DNA of 64,000 nucleotides from Thermoplasmata archaeon (GTDB lineage Archaea > Thermoplasmatota > Thermoplasmata > Halarchaeoplasmatales > Halarchaeoplasmataceae), in contig JAWOAU010000011.1 of NCBI GenBank assembly GCA_046498385.1, forward strand, positions 4,315-68,314, given 5' to 3'. Below, piece after piece: positions 28,716 to 38,133 of the stretch. The translations under genes and the position numbers were made by a program. The notes under the pieces are model-generated. The model was not told where the DNA came from, made no database searches, and was given only the letters and a program-made list of their open reading frames with translations. Position 1 is the first letter of the stretch; every line of letters begins with the position of its first letter.

Positions 28716-29726
28716 ATGTACGGAAAAAAAGTAGGCTCCGCACTAGAGCTTATCGGGGACACACCTTTAGTCAGGATAAACAGGTTGAACCCTCACGACA
28801 ACGTCGAGATATATGCGAAGCTGGAGAAGTTGAACCCCATGGGCTCGGTGAAGGACAGGATCGCATACTACATGATAGACCACGCCGAGAAGATGGGTGA
28901 GATAGACCCGGATACAGTGATCGTAGAAGCAACCAGCGGAAATACCGGCCTGGGTCTGGCTATGGTCTGTGGAATCAAGGGCTACCATCTTCATCTAACG
29001 ATGTCGAGGGGTGTAAGCATAGAGAGGGTGCGCATGCTCACCGCCCTGGGTGCGGAGATTGAGTTCACCCCTGAGCAGGAAGGTACCGACGGTGCCATAA
29101 ATAGGGCGGTGGAACTTTCCCAGGATGAGGGGTACTGGAGACCCAACCAGTTCGACAATCCCGTGAATTCACTGGCCCATTATGAGACGACCGGCAGGGA
29201 GATAGTCGAGGCCGTAGGTGACGAGATGACCCACTTTGTGGCGGGCATGGGGACCACTGGGACCCTCATGGGGGTTTCAAAGAGGTTGAAGGAACACGAC
29301 CAGTCCATCAAGGTTATAGGCGTTGAACCCAATCCCAACTACTGCATACAGGGTCTGAAGAACATGACGGAGGATATCGTTCCGGGGATCTACGATAAAG
29401 AATGGCTGGATGAGATAAGGAACGTTGAGGATGACGATGCCTTTGAGACCGCTAGGAAACTTTCGGTGAAAGAGGGACTCTTCGTTGGCATGAGTTCCGG
29501 TGCGGCCATGTACGTCTGTCTAGAGATGGCTTCCGAACTCGATGGCGGCACGATAGTTACCCTGTTCCCCGATGGCGGTGAAAAGTACTTCAGCACACCC
29601 CTGTTCGATGCCGGCGAGTGTTTGAGATGTGTGAAAGAACATGGTGGATTGGATTCTCACCCACCTGCGAATCTGACTCAATATCTAGACGAGATAAACG
29701 AATTGATAAAAAAGAGTTCCCTATGA
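28716..29726 (+). CDS. cysK: Cysteine synthase (PLP-dependent, CysK/CysM family)
   Basis: IGDTPLV, GSVKDR, TSGNTG, GMGTTGT, SSGA; probable start ATG 28716. Confidence 0.9.
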   Translation: MYGKKVGSALELIGDTPLVRINRLNPHDNVEIYAKLEKLNPMGSVKDRIAYYMIDHAEKMGEIDPDTVIVEATSGNTGLGLAMVCGIKGYHLHLTMSRGVSIERVRMLTALGAEIEFTPEQEGTDGAINRAVELSQDEGYWRPNQFDNPVNSLAHYETTGREIVEAVGDEMTHFVAGMGTTGTLMGVSKRLKEHDQSIKVIGVEPNPNYCIQGLKNMTEDIVPGIYDKEWLDEIRNVEDDDAFETARKLSVKEGLFVGMSSGAAMYVCLEMASELDGGTIVTLFPDGGEKYFSTPLFDAGECLRCVKEHGGLDSHPPANLTQYLDEINELIKKSSL

Positions 29727-29737
29727 GGTGATAGAGA

Positions 29738-30163
29738 ATGGACGATGTAACCACTTTCGACATAGACATAAAGCATATAGAAAACATGAAATTCGAGGTA
29801 TCCTTCGACCATGAAGAGATGGGTACCCTGATAACCGACGAGACCCCGGATATCGGGGGTGAAAACGCCGGCCCTACCCCCGGGAGACTGCTTGTGGCCT
29901 CCACTTTGAACTGTCTCATGGCCAGTTTACTGTTCTGCGTGAACAAGAAGAGGGTCGAGATGACGGATCTTCAAGGGGAGATAAGGGGGACCGTTGAAAG
30001 GGTCGAAGGCAGATGGAGGGTAACAAAAATGGATGCGGTGCTCAGGCCCGAGGTCGAGGATCCGGAAAAGATACAGAAGTGCATAGAAATATTCCAGAAT
30101 TACTGCATAGTTACCGAGAGCGTTAGAAACGGTATCGACGTAGATGTGAAGGTAGAGATATGA
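29738..30163 (+). CDS. OsmC/Ohr-family protein
   Basis: GGENAGPTPGRLL...NCL and YCIVTESV two-cysteine pattern. Confidence 0.85.
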   Translation: MDDVTTFDIDIKHIENMKFEVSFDHEEMGTLITDETPDIGGENAGPTPGRLLVASTLNCLMASLLFCVNKKRVEMTDLQGEIRGTVERVEGRWRVTKMDAVLRPEVEDPEKIQKCIEIFQNYCIVTESVRNGIDVDVKVEI

Positions 30164-30696
30164 AATTAAAAGAAAGTATTTCCGAATGTACCCGCTGCCG
30201 TCTCCACAAAACCAGAACCAATTCCGTACCAGGTGAAGGGCCATACGATGCCCAGGTAGTTTTTATCGGCGAGGGTCCTGGAAAAAAGGAGGACCAAGAA
30301 GGAAGGCCCTTCGTCGGGCGTGCCGGGGAACTTTTGAACGACCTCCTCTCCACGGCCGATTTATCGCGGGAAAAGGTGTTCATAACCAATGTGGTAAAAT
30401 GCCGGCCGCCGGGCAACCGTGATCCGCGAAAGGATGAGAAAGAGGCGTGCGAGGTGTATCTGATACAACAGTTGGATATGATAAAACCAAAGGTTGTCTG
30501 TACCTTGGGCAACCATGCCACCGCCTATTTTCTAGGGAGTGCCGGCATAAGTAAAAAGCACGGCATGGTGTTCAAAAAAAACGGTCTTACCATAGTCCCC
30601 CTCTATCATCCCGCCGCGGCGTTATACAATCCCAATCTAAAGACGGCCATGGAAGAGGATTTTAGGTTTCTAGGATCGATGCTCAGACGTAAGTAA
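30160..30696 (+). CDS. udg: Uracil-DNA glycosylase, family 4
   Basis: CTRCRL, GEGPG, PFVG, KCRPP.NR.P, YHPAA. Confidence 0.95.
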   Translation: MKLKESISECTRCRLHKTRTNSVPGEGPYDAQVVFIGEGPGKKEDQEGRPFVGRAGELLNDLLSTADLSREKVFITNVVKCRPPGNRDPRKDEKEACEVYLIQQLDMIKPKVVCTLGNHATAYFLGSAGISKKHGMVFKKNGLTIVPLYHPAAALYNPNLKTAMEEDFRFLGSMLRRK

Positions 30697-30735
30697 ATTT
30701 TATTAATAGGCTGTACCTAGACGGTATCCCCATGG

Positions 30736-30810
30736 GGGCCCATGGCTTAGGTTGGTTATAGCGTCCGGCTGATAACCGGGAGGTCGAGAGTTCAAATCTC
30801 TCTGGGCCCA
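30736..30810 (+). tRNA. tRNA-Ile(GAT)
   Basis: GGGCCCA/TGGGCCC acceptor, TCCGG-CT-GAT-AA-CCGGG anticodon arm, GTTCAAATC. Confidence 0.95.
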
Positions 30811-30816
30811 CTTTTT

Positions 30817-31776
30817 TCACTTTTTGTAGGCCACGTATATGTCCGCTTCTATCATTTCACTGTGCTCGTGAAAGTGATGTACGAAGTAAAGGTTGCCCGC
30901 ATCGTCCAAAGTTGGCTCTCCGGCGAACTGGGATACTATCATCTCAGGTTCCTGCCAATCACCGTTTATCTTTAGGGAACGAAATATCGCTGGGGTCCCA
31001 AGATGAGTTCTGGTGAACCAAACCTCCTTTCCGTCGGATGATACAAAGGGTAGGCTTTCGTTCTCCTCGGTGTTCACCGCCTCTATGTTGATGGGTTCCG
31101 ACCATCCATCGTTGCTCCTAGTGGTCATCCATATATCTCTACCCCCCTCTCCCCCTGCTCTATCGGAATGAAAGTAAAGGTCGTCTCCGTGTATGTGCAC
31201 CTCGCCGATCTCGAATTCCTTCATGAGTTGATCACCGGCGTAGGTCCAGTCCGTCCAGCTTTCGCCGTCCCACCGCGCGGTGAACATGTTCATATCGGTA
31301 TAATCCCCTCTCGCCGAGCAGAACCACATCTCGTCGTCCTGGATAGCCACCGCACCGTCCAGGGCCAGTTTTCCCGGTTCCTGTAACCACACCCTTTCAG
31401 GCTTGCTCCATGTATTACTTGTCTTATGAGTTACCCAAATGCCACTGATATCGTCCGTTACCTGCTCCTCAGGAGGAATCCTTACATCCGGGGTGAAGAA
31501 AAAGTACAGTGTATTACCGTCCGGTAGTATGAAAGGTGAGTCCTCGGCACCTGCGGTGTTCACCGGGTACGGCAGAGGCACGGGCTCTTCAAACTCATGG
31601 GAATGAAGTATCGGCGGATGAAGGTCCGCTTCAGGTCCCCACTTTGTTATATCCGTCGGGATCTTATCTTCACGGTCCACGTCCGGGTGCTCTTCATTAC
31701 CGATACATCCTGAGAGTCCCATGGCGATCACAAGCAGTGCGATCATCGAAAGTACCTTCACTTTCCCGTTCATCAT
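30817..31776 (-). CDS. Lipoprotein with TolB/PD40-like beta-propeller repeats
   Basis: LSGC lipobox; EDSPFILPDGNTLYF, LYFHSDRAGG.GGRDIW, PFVSSDGKEVWF; start ATG 31776 or 31773. Confidence 0.8.
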   Translation of the reverse strand: MMNGKVKVLSMIALLVIAMGLSGCIGNEEHPDVDREDKIPTDITKWGPEADLHPPILHSHEFEEPVPLPYPVNTAGAEDSPFILPDGNTLYFFFTPDVRIPPEEQVTDDISGIWVTHKTSNTWSKPERVWLQEPGKLALDGAVAIQDDEMWFCSARGDYTDMNMFTARWDGESWTDWTYAGDQLMKEFEIGEVHIHGDDLYFHSDRAGGEGGRDIWMTTRSNDGWSEPINIEAVNTEENESLPFVSSDGKEVWFTRTHLGTPAIFRSLKINGDWQEPEMIVSQFAGEPTLDDAGNLYFVHHFHEHSEMIEADIYVAYKK

Positions 31777-31880
31777 CAAGTATATCTTTATGATAGCATA
31801 TATAATTATCCTTGAAAATCTGATCGACTTATAACCTGCATTAAGGTGAACGTTATTTAACCACAAACATATACAGGAAC

Positions 31881-32438
31881 ATGACAGAAGAGATGATCGG
31901 ACTGAAAGAGGCTGCAAAGGAGGTTGAATTGGTGAGCAGAAGGGTAGCACTGCTCCATATCTCCTATGCGAAAATGCTGACCGAAGAATTCGGTGAAGAA
32001 CGTGGTAGGGAACTGATCTTGAAGGCCGTCAAGGGTTACGGCAGAATCATAGGAGAAAAAAGAAGGAAGGAGATCGAGGAAAGAGGGATGGAGCCTGTGC
32101 CGAAAAACTTCGGAAAAGGAGATGTCCTGAGGATACCACGTTTCGGGGTGCACTCTAGATTAGAGGAAACTGAAGATAGTATGAAACTCTACGGATGCGC
32201 CATGGGTAAACTGTGGAGAGAATACGGTGAAGAAGAACTGGGAAAATTGTACTGCTACGTGGACCCTGCGAAGTACATGGGATTTAACGAGGATTTCATT
32301 CAAGTGCATAGGAAGGCCGTGCCCGCCGGCGGTGATTTTTGTGAATTCGTGGTAAGGCCCTCTACGGAAGAGGAAAGGGAACTTTTCAGATCCGATAAAA
32401 AGGACTTTTCGGATGCTGACCCGGGATTGAAGGGTTAA
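31881..32438 (+). CDS. L-2-amino-thiazoline-4-carboxylic acid hydrolase-like (V4R-like) protein
   Basis: C.MGKLWREYG...GKLYCYVD...GGDFCEF three-cysteine pattern. Confidence 0.7.
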   Translation: MTEEMIGLKEAAKEVELVSRRVALLHISYAKMLTEEFGEERGRELILKAVKGYGRIIGEKRRKEIEERGMEPVPKNFGKGDVLRIPRFGVHSRLEETEDSMKLYGCAMGKLWREYGEEELGKLYCYVDPAKYMGFNEDFIQVHRKAVPAGGDFCEFVVRPSTEEERELFRSDKKDFSDADPGLKG

Positions 32439-32474
32439 ATTAATTATAAAGTAAAAAGATACGAAGGAAAGAAC

Positions 32475-33530
32475 ATGGACAGAGATGTATTTAAAGATAG
32501 GAAGATTTTAGCGTTATGTGTAGTAGCGGTAGTAGTTCTCTTGTTGATCTATTCGATATACTACACGTCTTTATTCAACGGGGATAGTGAAACAGGGGAC
32601 GAGAGCGATTGGACTGATTATCCTTACGTGATCCCAGGCACGGACATGAGATTTCCGGATGTCGAAGGTAAATATACACCAGGCGATACCTGGCTCTCAC
32701 TCGGCTTCGAGCTGGATTTCATAGACTCAGATAAGGAAAACGCTCACCTTGCTTTGCTGTACCATCCCAAATATAAGGACGTTTTTTTAAGTACATCTGA
32801 CGATATATTTAAAACACGTTTTAATGGTGAACGGACACTCCCAGTCGGAAAGATAGACATGACTTTCGACGCCCCGGGATTACCTGAAGATAGTTTACGG
32901 GTAAAGGATGGTCAGGCCTTCCATTATGACCTCTTGGCTCATTTTGAAATCGACGGGACGCTGTACCGGTTGGATGTAGAGCTAGAGTCCATAAAACCAC
33001 CTGCCACTATGTTCGACGGCCAGGTAGTAATGGGGAATGAGTATTACAAACTCCACGCGTTAAGCAATTGTGTGACAACCGGCACTTTGAGTATAGGCGA
33101 AGATGTGCACGGAGTAACCGGTCAGGCCTGGTTTGAAAACCAGAGGGGTACCTTTGGATCTATGAAGTGGAATTGGTTTTGCTTTTTCGGCGATGATGAT
33201 ACTGAAATGGAGATAGTAGACCTCTACGGGCCGGATGAACAAAATTTTAACTATGCCATGTATATACAAAGAAACGGCGAGGTTTTGACAATCGACGATA
33301 TATCCATAGAAACCACCTCTTTCATAGAACCTCCCTCGTCTCCGAATAAATTTGGTTATTCATGGGAGATATTTTCCAGCAAATACTATGTATCTTTGAA
33401 CATCACCAGCGTAGAAGAGGATATGTATTACAACGGTTATGCCGTAGGCGTAGGCAGGGTGACCGGAACATTGATGGGTAGGGAGATCGATACCTGGACC
33501 TATGTAGAGCAGACAAAGCTACACTTTTGA
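32475..33530 (+). CDS. Membrane-anchored AttH/CrtC-like lipocalin-fold protein
   Basis: N-terminal TM; FPDVEG, TGTLSIG...VTGQAWFENQ.G...WNWF, GRVTGTL.G...TYVE. Confidence 0.6.
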   Translation: MDRDVFKDRKILALCVVAVVVLLLIYSIYYTSLFNGDSETGDESDWTDYPYVIPGTDMRFPDVEGKYTPGDTWLSLGFELDFIDSDKENAHLALLYHPKYKDVFLSTSDDIFKTRFNGERTLPVGKIDMTFDAPGLPEDSLRVKDGQAFHYDLLAHFEIDGTLYRLDVELESIKPPATMFDGQVVMGNEYYKLHALSNCVTTGTLSIGEDVHGVTGQAWFENQRGTFGSMKWNWFCFFGDDDTEMEIVDLYGPDEQNFNYAMYIQRNGEVLTIDDISIETTSFIEPPSSPNKFGYSWEIFSSKYYVSLNITSVEEDMYYNGYAVGVGRVTGTLMGREIDTWTYVEQTKLHF

Positions 33531-33676
33531 TCTGCCTCGCGGAATTTTTCCTTACTAAAGTGCTACTCAAGACTGCGAACGGTTTTTCGACACGCTGCAT
33601 AACCTATGCTTTCCCCGGCCCTATTCAGAAAGTTATATATACTAGGAATGAATTAATTGTATTTAAGGTGTCAAAT

Positions 33677-34042
33677 ATGGCGAATAAGAAACTCGCGGAT
33701 GAGTTGATCGATAGGCTGATAAAAACAGGGTTGCAGAAGAATCTTGCCATAACTCTAGTATTTATCGCCGAACATGAAGAAACCCAAAGTAGAACGATAG
33801 AGGACAATACTAGATTAAGACAGCCGGAGGTGTCTATCGCAACCAATGAACTGCAGAGAAGAGGGTGGATAAAAAAACGAGATATCCCGACCGAAGGAAG
33901 GGGTAGACCGGTAATCGGTTATAGTATGGAAAAACCTATCGATGAGGTAATAGAGGAGATCGAAAAGCAAGAGAGAGAAAAAATCGAGGAAATAGAGTCT
34001 AATATAAAGAGGATCAAGGAGATCAAAGCCAAGATATTTTGA
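33677..34042 (+). CDS. Archaeal winged-HTH transcriptional regulator (COG4738-like)
   Basis: SRTIE...LRQPEVSIA...RGWI...GRGRP; start ATG 33677 with AGGTG RBS. Confidence 0.8.
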   Translation: MANKKLADELIDRLIKTGLQKNLAITLVFIAEHEETQSRTIEDNTRLRQPEVSIATNELQRRGWIKKRDIPTEGRGRPVIGYSMEKPIDEVIEEIEKQEREKIEEIESNIKRIKEIKAKIF

Positions 34043-34169
34043 TAATCTCGTCAAATATCGAAGTTTTTTAAAGGCATGTATCGTATGATGTATGACAATA
34101 TAATTACATTACATTGCTTTAGTCGGCTTACGAAAAATTATATTAGATAATGCAACTGTCTAAGAATAT

Positions 34170-34643
34170 ATGGTACATATATTCGATAAGAAACTTGATA
34201 AAAAAACCTTGAAACATTATCTATTCCAAAGCGTCCTTGCCACGTTGGTTTTGTTTCTTTGTCTAAACGTACCTTTCATCGATGATGCGGTTCTTATAGC
34301 GGCCATAGGTTCCACCACATTCATACTGTTCGCCATGCCTAAAACACTTCCCGCACGTCCTAGGAACGTACTGGGCGGTCACTTTGTTTGCGGCTTGATC
34401 GGTATTGTTTTTTCCATGTTCAACAGCGGTTTCATACCCAACACCACAATGTTGAGCCTGGCGGTCGGATTATCCATCCTTGCGATGGTCACACTTGCCA
34501 TCGAACATCCACCTGCCGGAGGTACCGTTATTGCACTATTATTTTCAACAGACTATGTAGCCTTCGTCACCCTGCTTCTATTGTCCAGCATAATGATGCT
34601 CTTCGTTCATCTTCTTAAACCATACATGATCAATCTGATGTGA
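34170..34643 (+). CDS. HPP-family membrane protein
   Basis: ARPRNVLGGH, EHPPAGG. Confidence 0.88.
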   Translation: MVHIFDKKLDKKTLKHYLFQSVLATLVLFLCLNVPFIDDAVLIAAIGSTTFILFAMPKTLPARPRNVLGGHFVCGLIGIVFSMFNSGFIPNTTMLSLAVGLSILAMVTLAIEHPPAGGTVIALLFSTDYVAFVTLLLLSSIMMLFVHLLKPYMINLM

Positions 34644-34681
34644 CACAATTCTAATAAACACCCTACGCTCTCCGAAGTACC

Positions 34682-36826
34682 ATGCGTATCATACTGAAGG
34701 GAATCGTACAGGGAGTCGGCTTTCGGCCAACGGTTTACCGGGTGGCAAAGAACCTCGGTATGAACGGTTACGTAAAGAACATGGGGAGTGAGGTGGAGGT
34801 TGTTATCGACGGTGATGTGGACGAGTTTTTGAGTGAACTGAAAAGGGCGCTACCACCGCTTGCAAAGCTTACATCCGTGGATGTATTCGAGAGCGGTGGG
34901 ACCTATGATGATTTCAGCATAATATCCAGTACAGATGGTGACCGATCGTCCTCCATCCCGGTGGACACGGCCACCTGTAAAAACTGTGTGGCGGAGCTGG
35001 AAGATAGAAAAAATAGACGTTTCACATACCCCTTCATAAACTGCACTGACTGCGGAGCACGTTACTCCGCTATCCGGGAATTACCCTACGACCGTGAGAA
35101 GACCACAATGGCACCCTTCCATATGTGCCCTTCTTGCAGGGAGGAGTACGGCGAGCCCATGGACCGCCGATTTCACGCCCAAACACTTTCATGTCCGGAT
35201 TGTGGCCCTGGGTACACCCTTTACGATAAGAACAAGAAGAGGATAGGCGGGGTTGTGGAATTCATCTCTATGATAGAAGAAGGCTCGGTGGGTGTCGCTA
35301 AGAGTTGGGGCGGTATGCACATAGTCAGCACTCTAGATAGGATACCCGAACTCCGCAGAAGGTACGGTCGTTCACAGAAACCCTTCGCTATAATGGTTAA
35401 AGATCTAGAAACCGCTAGGAAGTACGCCCATATTACCAGGGAGGACGTGTTCACCGGTCCGAGGCGTCCCATAATGATCTACGAGAAAAAAGAACCTCTG
35501 GAAAAAGTGGCACCGGGATTACCAACGGTTGGGATGATGCTCCCCTACACACCCCTACATCATATACTGTTCGACGGGATATCTGAGGATGCACTGGTGA
35601 TGACCAGTGCCAACCTACCCGGCGAGCCAATGATAATAAAGAATAGAGATGCATTTTCACTCGATCTGGACTGCTACCTTCTGCACGATAGGAAGATAGC
35701 AAACCGCATAGACGATTCCCTCATCAGGGTTCATGGTGACGAACTCTGTCCCATAAGGAGATCAAGAGGTTACGTGCCTGAAACATTACCATTCGACAAA
35801 TCCACCGTTTTCGCCGCCGGAGCGGACCAAGGCGGTTGTCTGGCCTTTTCAACGAACGCCCATCTATACCCAAGTCAGTACTTGGGTGACCTGGGGTCCT
35901 ACGGTGCCAAGGTGTTCTACCAGAACACGGTCGAGCACCTGGAGTCCATGCTGGGTATCCAGGAGGTCGAGGCGGTTGCCGTGGACCTGCATCCCGCCTA
36001 CACCAGTAGAAAGCTCGGTTTAGAATATGCAAAAAACAAAGACATCCCGGTGGTAGAAGTGCAGCACCACTGGGCACACGGAGCATCCCTCCTTTTAGAG
36101 CACGATCTAGAACACATAGTGTGCATAGCGGTGGACGGCACGGGATATGGTGAGGACGGAGGGAGCTGGGGTGGTGAGGTATTATACTGTACCGCTGATG
36201 AATACGAAAGAACGGCACATCTGGAACCGTTCCCTCTACTGGGTGGAGAGCAGGCGGTAAAATATCCTAAAAGGTTGGCCCACGCCATCCACAGAAAGCT
36301 CGGTCACGATAGCCCATATTTCGACGACAAAACCGCATCCATATTGGATAAGTTGATGGATAAGAGCGTTAACACCACCAGCTTCGGTAGGCTGCTGGAT
36401 GCGGTATCGGCCGCACTGGGAGCGTGCACCGGACGTACATACGAGGGGGAACCGGCCATGAAGCTGGAGAAACTGCAGTTGGAAGGTGAAAATACCAGAG
36501 AATATACGGTTTATCGAAAGGGAGATACCATACACACACTGAAAGGGTTCGTTGAGATGCTAAAAGACCGTTCACCCGATGCAGACAGGGCGGCTTCCTA
36601 CGCCGCACAGGTATCATACGCTTTGTCAGACGCCGCAGCGGACGCCGCAGAAAAGTACGGCGCACCCGTAGGCATCTCCGGGGGAGTTTCCTACAACAGA
36701 CACATAGTGGATCAGGTACGAAGCCGGTTAAAAGAACGCGGATACCAACTGTTGGTGCATCAAAGAGTACCAAATGGAGATATGGGCGTGTGTGTCGGCC
36801 AAGCATCCATCGCCGCCAGTATGTGA
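34682..36826 (+). CDS. hypF: Carbamoyltransferase HypF
   Basis: GIVQGVGFRP acylphosphatase domain, two Zn fingers, QHHWAH, DGTGYG, PNGDMG. Confidence 0.96.
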   Translation: MRIILKGIVQGVGFRPTVYRVAKNLGMNGYVKNMGSEVEVVIDGDVDEFLSELKRALPPLAKLTSVDVFESGGTYDDFSIISSTDGDRSSSIPVDTATCKNCVAELEDRKNRRFTYPFINCTDCGARYSAIRELPYDREKTTMAPFHMCPSCREEYGEPMDRRFHAQTLSCPDCGPGYTLYDKNKKRIGGVVEFISMIEEGSVGVAKSWGGMHIVSTLDRIPELRRRYGRSQKPFAIMVKDLETARKYAHITREDVFTGPRRPIMIYEKKEPLEKVAPGLPTVGMMLPYTPLHHILFDGISEDALVMTSANLPGEPMIIKNRDAFSLDLDCYLLHDRKIANRIDDSLIRVHGDELCPIRRSRGYVPETLPFDKSTVFAAGADQGGCLAFSTNAHLYPSQYLGDLGSYGAKVFYQNTVEHLESMLGIQEVEAVAVDLHPAYTSRKLGLEYAKNKDIPVVEVQHHWAHGASLLLEHDLEHIVCIAVDGTGYGEDGGSWGGEVLYCTADEYERTAHLEPFPLLGGEQAVKYPKRLAHAIHRKLGHDSPYFDDKTASILDKLMDKSVNTTSFGRLLDAVSAALGACTGRTYEGEPAMKLEKLQLEGENTREYTVYRKGDTIHTLKGFVEMLKDRSPDADRAASYAAQVSYALSDAAADAAEKYGAPVGISGGVSYNRHIVDQVRSRLKERGYQLLVHQRVPNGDMGVCVGQASIAASM

Positions 36827-36915
36827 TGCAAAACAAAAATATGAAATATCACCCGTTTCCTTCTCCTGGTTGTGGATCATGTTCCAAGCAATTATAGACC
36901 GGAGAGGAGGATAAC

Positions 36916-37932
36916 GTGGCCCAGAGACTCATCGAGTTGGTGGTACCTGCACACTTTGAGGACGATGTAGAACAACTTCTCGAAAAGGACGACAAGGTAT
37001 TTGATTTTTGGTGCGCAAGGGCATCCGGTGAAAAGGTTCAGTTCAAGATCTTAGTGGATGCCGAGGAAAGTCAAACCGTCATCGATCAGCTAGAAAATAA
37101 TTATGACACCACTGAGGGATTCAGACTTTTGATGTTCCATGTAGAGGCCTCCCTACCTATTCAAAAGGAGGAGGAAAAAGAGGAGGAAAAGGAAAAAAAA
37201 GAGGATGATGATGGGGAGGAGACACGTGGAGTTAGCAGGGTAGAACTGTACACGGCGGCGTCGGACCAGATAAAACTGTCAAGCGTGTATCTGCTGCTGA
37301 TGGGGCTATCCGCTATAGTCGCCGCTATCGGTGTTCTTAGAAGCGACGTAGCGGTCATTATCGGTGCTATGGTGATCGCACCACTCCTGGGACCTAATGT
37401 AGGTTTATCACTGGCAACTACTCTGGCGGATTCGCAACTAGCTAAGAAAGCAATAAGAACCAACCTTGCAGGTGTCCTTCTATCATTCGTCATAGCAGTG
37501 ATCATAGGAATTCTATTCACAGAGAATCCAACCGGGTCCGTGGAATTGATGGCTAGAACAAATGTGGGATACGGCGACGTGGCTTTAGCCTTGGCCGCCG
37601 GTAGTGCCGGAGCTTTGGCATACACCCGAAGTATACCTGCGGCTCTGATCGGAGTTATGGTGGCAATAGCTCTGGTTCCGACCATAGTCACATCCGGCCT
37701 TTTACTGGGTGCCGGCTATTTTACTCTTTCCTTCTACGCATTGATGTTGTTTTTGATAAATTTAATTTGTATAAACCTATCCGGTGTGTTCACTTTCTTG
37801 ATGCAGGGCTTCACCCCTAGTCAGTGGTGGAAAGCGGATAAAGCAAAGAAATTGACTCGACTAGCTATCGCCATCTGGGTAGCTTTATTACTCTTTCTAG
37901 TTGGTGTGATCTCTTATCTGAGATTTTTGTAA
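36916..37932 (+). CDS. TIGR00341/DUF389-family membrane protein
   Basis: VIIGAMVIAPLLGP, GVMVAIALVP, INLICINL. Confidence 0.88.
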   Translation: MAQRLIELVVPAHFEDDVEQLLEKDDKVFDFWCARASGEKVQFKILVDAEESQTVIDQLENNYDTTEGFRLLMFHVEASLPIQKEEEKEEEKEKKEDDDGEETRGVSRVELYTAASDQIKLSSVYLLLMGLSAIVAAIGVLRSDVAVIIGAMVIAPLLGPNVGLSLATTLADSQLAKKAIRTNLAGVLLSFVIAVIIGILFTENPTGSVELMARTNVGYGDVALALAAGSAGALAYTRSIPAALIGVMVAIALVPTIVTSGLLLGAGYFTLSFYALMLFLINLICINLSGVFTFLMQGFTPSQWWKADKAKKLTRLAIAIWVALLLFLVGVISYLRFL

Positions 37933-38013
37933 AAAAAGAAGGGGAGGGGGCTAGACTGGAAGGATGGTGGGATGGGATGCACTCTAACCGACTAGCCCGA
38001 GTTATCCCCTGTA
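37931..38013 (-). ncRNA. Candidate ~80-nt small RNA with a C-rich loop
   Basis: AATATATA box at ~38038-38045, terminal stem AGGGGA/TCCCCT, inner stem GGGCTAG/CTAGCCC, U-tract at 37931-37937. Confidence 0.55.
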
Positions 38014-38133
38014 TGTAGTTTATTTCCTTAAGGGCCATATATATTTTGTGGTAAAAATATCGATCTGCCAGGGGAAGCTTTAAATACCATATCCAAAAAA
38101 AAGAAAAAAAAGGTCTTTTTTGTTGTCATACCT

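Noticed and set aside
33611..33623. TTCCCCGGCCCTA as a possible att repeat of the tRNA-Ile 3' end
   Set aside because: The match is too short and degenerate, and no integrase is present.
37160..37220. Purine-rich low-complexity run
   Set aside because: Encodes a Glu/Lys-rich linker in the TIGR00341 protein.
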